A DNA stretch of 64,000 bases from Podarcis bocagei (lineage: Eukaryota). The notes below the pieces were generated by a model. That model ran no database searches. It was not told the DNA's origin and saw nothing but the letters and a program-made list of their open reading frames with translations. The stretch lies in assembly GCA_964188305.1 (NCBI GenBank), contig OZ076886.1; one strand, written 5' to 3'. Both the position numbers and the translations under genes were made by a program. Shown here one piece after another: positions 34,071 to 44,251 of this stretch (position 1 is its first letter; each line of letters opens with the position of its first letter).

Positions 34071-36496
34071 GCTGTTTGTGTGTGTCATTGTCTGAGGTAA
34101 AAGATGTGTTACCACCACGCTATTATGGGCAGCGGTTTAAGTCATAGGGGCATGCTGCTGCTTGCCTGTCAATATAAAGAGGCTCATTTGTTTAAAAATG
34201 AATTTTGAGGAGGGGGGGGGGGTGTTCTAACATTCCTTAGGACATATTGTCCTATCTGCTTCCTCTTATGACAGCTACATCTCAGCAACACAAAAGCCAT
34301 TTTCAAAATGTCAGGATTCATCTTTTTATTGATGTGCCTGGAACTGAGTAACAGATCTATGGAAGCTGGAACGATTATTTGCGTCACTTAAAACAACAGC
34401 CTAGGGCCACAGTGAGTTATATGGGAGGTGTAGTGAGTCTTTGAAATCAGAAGATGGCATGCAAGAGCCAAACACTCTCTTATTGCCCCAGAGAAAGGGA
34501 TTTGCAATTACACAAGAGGTAGAAATTACATGAATGAGAAGCTTTTTGAGAAGAAATGGGTGGGAGAGATCTGCCAGTACTAAATTATAGTCTGGTCACA
34601 AACAAGGTCTGACTAGCAGAACATCTCTACCACCCAAATTTGAACTGTACTACCAGAACGTCCGTTACTACACATCCAAATATTGCAGAATGTTGAATTT
34701 CAGTCTTGTGATTTTGCAAGTTGGATTTTGTGAGTTAAATACGGGTTTCAGTTGTAGAATTGGAGCGCCACCTGTCCCTGCAAGAACCGTGACTGTTGGG
34801 GTAGCTCTCTTGTAGGGTGATGAACATCTCCCCTATTTCTTTATCAAAACTTTTCCTTAAAAAATAGCAAACGCTTTTAATGTTTCCAAAATGTATAGTA
34901 TCTCACTGCTGGCAAAATATTGGGATGGTGGATTCTAGGGCTCAAGTTTAGGCAGGACGCTAATCATTGTGTTACTATACAGACTGGGGGACAGAGAGGT
35001 TCTGGAGGGCAAGAAAGAAAAAAAGGTGCCCCTGTTACTTTCCTACCTCCTAAAATCCCCCGATATAGCAAAGGAAAAGGAAGGTTTGGGGTTGCTGGGT
35101 TTTTTTACCTCATGAGTCACACCTGCCGGACCCTAACCCCTGAATAGTGGTTCAAGGGCTCAAGGAAGACAACTTCTAGCATCTTCTGTACCCCTTGCCT
35201 TTATAAACAAGCATAGTCATGATGAAACAGGACAGTTTTTGTTCTACAAAAACAAGCTACATGGATGCAACAATTATTTATTCTTACAGATTGTTAAATT
35301 AACTTCACTGTGAATTAGAACTAAGTTTGTCCTTTCAGATTGCAACTGTCCTTTACCCTTCCACATTCTCCCATATACCAGCTTTTTATTTGCTACCGAA
35401 AATTAATGCTCACCATGCAATTCTAACTTTGCCAGCAAATAGAACTGTGCCCTATTAACTAGTTGCCAGGAAGAGTGGGGGGGGGCTAATGTGTGTGTGT
35501 TTCGGTTTCACAGCGGTAACGCTAACTGCCTGAACATTTAACAGGGCGGTTGATAACTCAGGGATTGGAGACAGTCCGTAATGGGTGGTGCACTGGAGAC
35601 AATGTGCTTTAAAATCATTAGAGGAGGAACTGTGCCAATATAATTTCCATTCTGAGATTGGCAGAGCAGAAGTGTAAACGGCAGAGAGCACCCTTTAACT
35701 CAAGATGTGCGCCGCTCTTTGTGAGTGAGCAACTGGTATGTTGCAACCTCTGCCGTTGGCGCTGGGCCTGCTTCCAAAGTGGGTAAACTGTCTTAGCGGG
35801 GCATTGTCTGATGCTTTTGTGAGGGCAATGGAATGTAAATGTCAGATAAACAATATGAGAGAGAGAGAGAGAAAAGATCTTTAAGGGCAAGAGATTGGCT
35901 TTATGTGTGTAGGAGTGATACTGGTCTCATAACATTTGTATCCTGCTTTTCCTCCAAGGAGCCCAAGGCAGTGTACTTGATTTCCACACAAGCACACGGC
36001 TTCATTTAATCCACATGACAACCCTGTGAGGTAGTTTAGGCTAACGGATACTGACTGGCCAATCCAAGATCTACCCAGTCGTAGTCTGAGACTAGCCAGT
36101 CCACCACTCTGGTTCAGTTGAAAGCAGCCATGGTAGAAGACTCATTTGTCTTGGTGGCCTGTGGGCAAAATCAAAACAAGGTTTTGAGAACTGTTCCACA
36201 TCTCTGCTGTCCTTTTGACGTGGGGAGGGTTTCTGTCCATTTCTCCCCTGCCTGCCCATACCTTACTGCAGCCTGTTTTAATTTTTCAAAGACTGTAGGG
36301 GAAGTGACTGATTAACAGAAATATTTGGACACTACTAGCCAGGTGTGTTGATGTCACCACAGTTCAACTCTGCCCAGCAAAACTCTGCTGAAGCTCTCCA
36401 GAATAAAACACACCTCAGAGCATCAGCTGACCTGGACGAGGTAGGATCACCTTCCATTTCTAAGACAGATTTCCATGTGGGAAATGTACTTGATTT

Positions 36497-36498
<2 letters not shown>

Positions 36499-36576
<78 letters not shown>
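36499..36576. repeat. Compound (GT)n(GA)n microsatellite
   Basis: Read directly. Confidence 0.98.
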
Positions 36577-36579
<3 letters not shown>

Positions 36580-37539
36580 GTAGGCAGAATGGTAAAATGG
36601 CACTTCAGCCATAAAGCTCCCCTTGAGCTCATTAGTACTTCTCAGCCTTGCCTACCTCACAGGCTTGTAAGAATAAAGAGACATGGACTCTTTGGAGGAA
36701 GAACAGCATGAACATGTAATAAATACCTAATATCCATTTCAACCATCCCTTTTTTCTGAAAGAAGGGAGGGGGCATCCTATTATATAGGGCTGCGGCTGT
36801 AGCCTCTTAATTAAAGAGGGGGGCACATCCAGCAACCTTTTTGATGCAGGGTCTGCAGTTCTCCTACACACACAATATTTCCCCCCCTATCCCCTTTCAT
36901 CTAATTACTTCGGGTTACACAAAGGTCAAGGGGAGAAGGTAAACTTCTCAGAACTGAAGCAGGTAAGCAGAGGGGAAAAGCCGTGCCGGCTGCCTTCTCT
37001 GGGCCCAAACTGCACATGGGGTCAATTTGGCCCCCGGAATTTCTTAGCATCATGAAAGGCTAACTATTAATTCAGCCATGGCCAAGGTTCAAGGAGAGCC
37101 AAGACCTTTGCACATGAATGCCCTCTCCTCCTCCGCACCCCTCCAACTGCAAGCAATGACTCTTCATCGTTTTCTCTCAAATATAACTTCAAAGCAGAAG
37201 TAATGCCTGGTCGATTGGGGGGTTGAAGGGGGGGGGGAGTCAGCAACTGCCCTGCCCTGCTGATCAGAGTGGACAAAAGCAATGCCAAGCTAAAGAGATG
37301 AGGGGGGAAATTGCCCCAGTGAAAGGAAGGAGCAGGCGGTTGAAATCGTTCCCTTTCTTTCCAAGGCCTGGAATCTTTCTGGTTGCTGGGTTGTTTGTTC
37401 TTGGCAGAGGGGATCTCTCTCTCTCTCTCTTTCTCTCTACACCTCCAGCTTTCCTTTAGTATCCCGAAGAATAATGGGCATCTGGGAGCTGTTTCAAGTG
37501 GACTTTAATTTGTCTTAATGAAACTCACAGCAAATAATT

Positions 37540-38115
37540 CCCAAGCGCCCACCCCCCACCCCTCTGTGTGCGCAGTGGCCACATACCAACCGAGCCACCC
37601 TTACAAGCAAAGCAGCCGACGGGGGGTGCGCGCACACACAAGCACGCGCTTTTGAAAAGAAACCCCCCCCACCCCCTCGCCGGGTCGTTTATTTTTTATT
37701 TTAAAAAAAATAAATGCGTGCGATCGCGCTTCGTCAGATATTTAAAAGCATTTTAAAGGTTTCATAAGCTTCTCTTTCCCCACCACGGCAGCCAGGATCC
37801 GTGACTAAAAATTAACTGGTGGCAAATGAAGCAGGTGGGAGGGGGGGCGCGATGTGGAGGGGAGAGAGATGGATGGGGGGGCAAAACAAAGTTTGTGCAA
37901 AGTAGCAGAACCGCAGAGAGAGAAACCCTGTCAAGTGATTGCGCTCTCCATGGAGATCCGAGGACCAATGAGAGGGGCAGAAGCTGTTTATAGGGGCGGA
38001 GCGTCTCCATAGCATCCAGAGAAGCCTTTCGGAGCAGCTACTTATTGACAGTCATTCTGTTGCTTACAAATCACAGCGGCTCCGGAATAAAAGGGCTCTG
38101 GCAGCGAGGGGCGTA
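37540..38115 (+). promoter_or_regulatory. FOXJ1: FOXJ1 CpG-rich promoter
   Basis: CpG enrichment; X-box-like TCTCCATGGAGA 37945-37956 and GTCTCCATAGCATC 38003-38016; CCAAT 37965; forkhead TGTTTAT 37985; GC box 37993; TATA-like AATAAAA 38086. Confidence 0.7.
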
Positions 38116-38254
38116 ATAATTCATCCAACGGGAGAGCAGTAGAAATCTACCCTATTTCCCTACCCGGCCCCCACCGCCACACACTTCACCCCACTGAATA
38201 TTCGGCGCTTAGTAGTAAACACTTGGCGGTAGTGGGATTCCTTCGTAGGAACAG
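38115..38254 (+). other. FOXJ1: FOXJ1 non-coding exon 1 (5' end approximate)
   Basis: Strong donor ACAG|gtaaga at 38254/38255 downstream of the promoter motifs; matches the known 3-exon FOXJ1 structure; next acceptor is ttgcag at 39677. Confidence 0.6.
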
Positions 38255-39739
38255 GTAAGATAAACGGAATTATTTGTTTCTTAACAAGGCGGGGAGGGCA
38301 GGCCAGCTTTATTTCTCCCCCACGTTATCCTGGGGAGGCTGGAATCCCCCCAGCACACATTTTTTTTATTTTATGGTTCTGGCCAGACGTGAATGCGGAG
38401 GGACCCTCTCATGAATCCATCAACGCAAATGTAACAACACTTTCATTTAAAAGGGGAAGAAATAATCCATGGTAAGAGCCTTCTGTATAATACATTTGGG
38501 GGCTTGGTTGAATTCTGTGTTTTTCATGTGAAGATGGTTGGCATGAATCTTCATGTACTAGTTCAGGGGGAGTAAAGCTTAAATACAGGTACTCAGCCAC
38601 TCTTCTTCTGTTTCTCCAACCTAAACGCCCTCTTGTTATGCTTACATATGTGGCATACAAGATTCATAGGATTTCAAAGCAGCCCAGTCCTATGCATAAT
38701 ATACTGGGCATTAAGCCCCACTGAGGTCAATGGGGCTTGCTCTCTGGGTACAGGATTACAGCTTTGAGCAGCCTAGGTGTGATTTTACCCTCTGCTCTAT
38801 GAACCAGCTGAGCCGAAGAAGTCAGGTTTAAACCGATTTAGCTCCCTGCCGAATCAATGGGAGCAATTTGCAACCCTAAGCCCATTACCTGAAGGTAGGT
38901 TCCATTGAAATCAATGGGATATACATCACATACTGTGTTTGGCACTGGGGTGCCACTTGCCTTAATGAAAGTGCTTCAACTTATGGATTGTGTTGCTGGA
39001 GGTAGATTTTCCTTTTTTTAAAAAATTGAATCACTTTTATCCCCAAGATAGCCTTGGAAATTCTAGGCATTATGGAATGGCATGAAACTCCCACCATCTT
39101 AACCATTTTTATGGCAGTATTCATACCTCTAATGTTGAAGAAAACAAAAACAAAAACTGATGGGTTTTGTGCATTGAGTGAGGAATCAATGATAGATTTA
39201 AAACAGAGGCTACTTCAAATCACTAAGATGGAATCTGTAAAAGGGTTAGGGACTGTCAGGTTTGTAAGCTGAAGCATTTATGAAGCTGAAGAAATTGTTA
39301 TTTACCTAGAAGGAGATACTATCATGTTCATTTCAGTTGCTTGTTTTAAGCTGGGTTTTAAGTGTTTCAATAGGAACAAATGCTACTTAGATTCTTGGCA
39401 GTTTTGTGAAAAATCTTGCCACCAAAGAAAAAAAGGGGCATTTGGGTGAATTCCACCCATCTTAGGCTGTGGTCTGCATAAAGCAGGCTAGTTAAGTAGG
39501 CTGGTTTGAGAAGGGGATCCTACACCCAGGGATGGCTCAATTCTCTGGGATTACCTCAAGGGTATATTTGGCTCCAGTGCTTTTAGAGTGTCTGGCTAGA
39601 AAACAACCTGCTCAAGTGTTTGTTTGTGAGCCGCCTATTTGTTAGGGGCTTTGAACTTCTTCGTGTTATTGTTGCAGGATTGTCACCCCCCCCTGCCCTT
39701 CCCCCTTCTTCCCCCTTCCTGCTCTCCCACAATTCCTGA

Positions 39740-40261
39740 ATGTTGGACTTGCCTGTTTTGGCTTCCCCTGACATGACTGACAGCTGGCTGAACGTGCAGT
39801 CTGAAGAAGAGAAAGGCCAGGAAAGCAGCATGGCGGATTCAAGCAACCTGGACGACAGCTTGACCAGCCTACAGTGGCTTCAAGAATTCTCCATCATCAA
39901 CGCCAACATGGGCAAGGCAAGCTCTTCCCCTTGCAGCACAGATCCTCACGGCTATCACAAGATCCCTGGCTCTGCTGCACCATGTTCCCCTCTAGCTGGT
40001 GACCCGGCTTGCATGGGGATGCCCCATACCCCTGGCAAGCCAATCTCCTCTTCCACATCCAGGACTGCACACCTGCAAGGCCAGCCATTGGAAGACATAG
40101 ATTACAAGACTAATCCCCATGTAAAGCCTCCTTACTCCTATGCCACGCTCATCTGCATGGCGATGGAAGCAAGCAAGAAAACCAAAATCACCCTCTCAGA
40201 CATCTATAAATGGATTACAGATAATTTCTGCTATTTCCGCCATGCAGACCCCACATGGCAG
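39740..40261 (+). CDS. FOXJ1: FOXJ1 first coding exon (174 codons; LDDSLTSLQWL motif and N-half of forkhead domain)
   Basis: ORF 39740 contains DYKTNPHVKPPYSYATLICMAM...NFCYFRHADPTWQ, then CAG|gtaggt donor. Confidence 0.97.
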
Positions 40262-40643
40262 GTAGGTGCCTAGGATGGGACAGCCCATACCTCTCTGCAT
40301 TTTGGCTACCCAGTCATGTGGGTGAGGTTATAGCGCACTTGCTACTGTCTCCATGTTTTCTGTTGGCTATCCACTGCAGTTCATGACCAGCCATCCTCCC
40401 AAATCAGCCTTGATGCTTCTGTGACTTGCATTATGTGACAGTGAAACTGTTTCACCACTATTTAAATTCTCATGATTTCCATGTGAGGCAAGTGTTGTGT
40501 ACACCTAATATGCTGATGAAGGAAATCTAAACTACTTGACCAGAATCCTTAAAAATGGCCATGCTTAGAGCAGCAAACAGCTCCCTACATTCTTAACACA
40601 CAACACAGTCCTAATCATGTCCATATAGAATTTGATGGGACTT

Positions 40644-40708
40644 GTTGTTGTTTAGTCATTTAGTCATGTCCGACTCTTCATGACGCCCTGGACCAGAGCA
40701 CACCAGGG
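40644..40708 (-). mobile_element. BovB/RTE LINE extreme 3' fragment
   Basis: (CAA)n tail plus gtcatgtccgactcttcatgac...ggaccagagcac; TTGATGGGACTT flanks both sides (40632-40643, 40715-40726). Confidence 0.65.
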
Positions 40709-43707
40709 ACTTACTTGATGGGACTTACTCCCAGCTAAGTAGAGTTAGGTTTGCAACCCGGGGCTGGACCCACACCATACCTATTGAGCACATTCAAAGC
40801 ATTTACACCCCAAATAAATCCTGGGAACTGTAGCTTACCCCAACAGAACTGCAATCCCCAGCAGCTATAACAAACTGCAGTTCCCAAGATTATAAGGGGT
40901 GGTGGTGGTGATGTGCTTTAAATGTATGGTGGGTGTGCAAATTTAGACACTAGCACCCTTTTTCCTGGATCATCTTTCATCATACATACATAATGTAAGG
41001 TTCCATCACTGTCAGCTGTGCCACGTTACAGGAGAACCAGCTATGTCTGTGGTCAGGTGGCTGTAAGACCCTCTTGCCACAAGATGAGGAACAGATCTCC
41101 TGTCAACCTCCTATGACAATAGAAAGCGACCAAGTGTTTGTAGTATTCATGCTGCAGCTCCTTTCTGTGCTTCCTTCTCCCTAGAGTGCAATTACTGTTG
41201 CTTGGTATGTTTCCTATCAAGGTGTTTTGCCTGGAATAAGCACTTAGTAGCACACAGAGGTTGTGGTAAATGAGAAAGCAGAGCAATGTAAACAGGCATT
41301 TTCTCCTTTTGAAGGTAGCAATTATCTAACAAATACTGTGGATGATTGAGAGAATGTCCTTTTTTTCCTCCTTTTTTTTTTTTTTTTTTTTTTTGAGGCT
41401 CCAACAAGCGTAAAGGAAGTGCCATAGAAAGTACAGAAAAACAACAGAGGGGCAGTGAAGGGGAAGAGAGAAGGAAACAGGTGGAGGGCGAAAGAAAAAT
41501 AAAGATGGCAAGAGTAGGAGCCAAGAGGCGGGTTGCGTTGCCTAGAGGTGATTCTCCTCCAGTCTTTCATTGGATGCTTAATGCTGCTAATCCAATCAGT
41601 CATAAATGGGCATTTGGAGTCAATTAAATGCACAACTGGGAGGCAGGGGAACCATTTAGAGAGGGAAGGGGGCAGTCAACCCCAGTCCATCCTTCATTGC
41701 AGATAACATGTGATTATTCCCCACAAGTGTTTATATTTCTGGTTACAACGAGGTAGAAAAAATAGCCACAACAAATGCTCTCAGGATACCTGTTTTTTTA
41801 AAAATAAATTTTATTTTGAATATACCCAAGAAGAAGCCTTGCACTTTGCTGTAAGTCTTAATGCTCCACCCTGAAATGTCTGTTTTCCCCCCAGATTTCA
41901 GTGGGAACAATCTTGTTAGGAGGGCTTTGGAAACCAGCTCTTTTAATATGGAACTATATTCCATATTCAATATCTGGAAGCTTAACTTCTCGTATCCAAA
42001 ATTTAGTTGGTCACACAAGTAGGAGATACTTGGCCGATTTGCGTCATGCCTGGAGAGCATTTAAAACAAGCAACTGCTTCACACACTTCTAGGGAGAAAG
42101 AGGAGAAAAAGTCAGGGGTATAAATTTCTTTCCCCCCAATCCCACCCTTTGATCCATTGAGGAGGAAACCAAAGAAATTGATGTGTCTTTTCCACGTGAC
42201 CTGATGCTTTCCAATATTGACTGTGGAGAAGCATTTGAAAGAAGGCAAAATAAAGATTTGAGAGAGGTTATTAGGAAAGAGGTGCATCTAAGTGCAGAAT
42301 GGCTGGGATATTGGATCAGAAGTGTACAGTGCCTCAAATGGTCAAAGACAGAAATATTATAACTTTTCACTATCCTCTTGGAGAGGTGTAAGTAACCTGC
42401 AAGATGTTGCTAGACTACAATTCTCATCATCCTTGATCAGTGGCCATGCTGGCTGAGGGTAATGAGAGTTGAAATCCAATAACAGCATATGAAGAGCCAA
42501 AGTCTCATGACCACCAGCTGAACAGCCTTGGACATAAGACATCAGCCTGCAATGAAGGCTGTGGCCTGTAATGAGAATAAATTCACTTTTGTTACCATGT
42601 TAACAACAATATTGAAATATTGCATGTTGAGGCTCTCTCCCTCCCCTAGCAAGCACCACAGTGTAAGGAAGAATGTCCTTGAGCACCATCTCCTTCAATT
42701 CTCAATGTCTGTGATACGTGGTAGACTCATTTGTGTCTTTGGCTCTTTGAGGTTTAAAAATATTAGGCTGGACAAGTAAAAGTTTGGGTAGGAAAAAAGA
42801 GGGAAAGTTTTGCCTTTCAGAAAATCCAAATAAAATTTGTTCACCAGGTCTTTATAAGGTACTTACTGGACTCTATTACTGTTGCACCTATATGGCTTGT
42901 AATTTTTTTATGTCCTTCAAATAGTCCTGGCAAGCAGTGAATCTGTAGCCCCACACCAATAGACGGAGACCCAAAAGTCAGCATATTTCAAGCATCCACT
43001 CTTAATTCTATACCTTGGACTTTCCCTTCTGCTCTCGAAGCACTGTTTTCTAAAAATAATAACAAGCATCATCATCTCAGTCAAAGGAAAATGATGAGTA
43101 CATGTCATTCATTTCTGACAATTGATGTGACAGTTTGATATTCATGGGTAGTTTTAGTGTTGAATCCTTGAGGGAAACCCTCTTGAGATGTTCCTTGCCA
43201 CATCGTTCTTAAGATCATAAGAGCTAACTCCTAGGGGTTGAAGGGAATTCACACACACCCAAAATTGAGGGGACCATCCCCCCACTAAGTTGATGGGCAT
43301 TGCCATTCAAATGGTGTGCGTGCACCGTGTCATGTGATCAATTACGAGGGGTGGGGCTTATCTGGGCCCTCCAGTATTTTATTGAAGTTGGCACCCCTGC
43401 TTAAGGTGAAACAAAGAGTTTCCTCTCCATCCTAAGTGATTAGTGAATGAGTTAGATTCTAGGTGTTTGGATATGGTGGTGATGACATAACATAGTACAG
43501 TGTTATTGTCATTCCATCACCTGTCAAAAGGCTGCCACTACACACTGCTAAGCTTGTTTCCAATCCTCCTACTAGACTGTATCACAACCAGGTCTCTTGA
43601 TGTGCCAAAACACTATTGCTTGCAGTCACCACAATAACGCTGCTCAGTGTAGTGGATGTTTCTGATTCCTACCATGGTCACAATGCATAAAACAAGTAGT
43701 AACATCT

Positions 43708-43795
43708 AGCCTGATGAAGACTTCTGGAGAACTCAAAAGCTTGCTCACTATTTTCTGACATTCTAGTGGTCCTAAATCCTAATAAAGGTATTGAC
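43708..43795 (+). mobile_element. Penelope-related relic with a degenerate hammerhead motif
   Basis: agc CTGATGA a gacttct gg agaactc AAAA gc TT gct, followed by ggtcctaa...aataaaggtat. Confidence 0.55.
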
Positions 43796-44187
43796 CAAAA
43801 CTAAATCCATTAGGTTTCCTATGAGATTGGGACATTTTATGTTTTACAGAATTAACAACAACATGGGCATTAATAAGTACAAACAGAAAGAAAGAAAAAC
43901 CCTTGCATATTGATGTGGTTGATGCAAACTTTCCTGTTCTTTCTTTCCCCCTTTAAAAAAAACAAAACCCCAGTATTCACTCCCTCTTTGTCGTGATGCA
44001 GGTGGTTTGATGGATCCTTGCAGGGAAGAATGATAAATATGCTAACTAGCTGGGTAATAATCAGCTTGTAGGCAAGCCCAGCAGATTTAAACTGACTCTA
44101 GCAGGGGAGAGGGTTATTCTCTGACCCTTGTAAAATTTCATTAAACAGTAAATTCTGACTCATCGGAGACCAGCGCGTTCACAGGAA

Positions 44188-44189
44188 TT

Positions 44190-44249
<60 letters not shown>

Positions 44250-44251
44250 TC
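44188..44251. repeat. (TTTC)n microsatellite
   Basis: Read directly. Confidence 0.97.

Noticed and set aside
36660-36720. TP73/p53 response element upstream of FOXJ1
   Set aside because: CATG/CTTG cores are present but flanks and spacing fit RRRCWWGYYY pairs poorly
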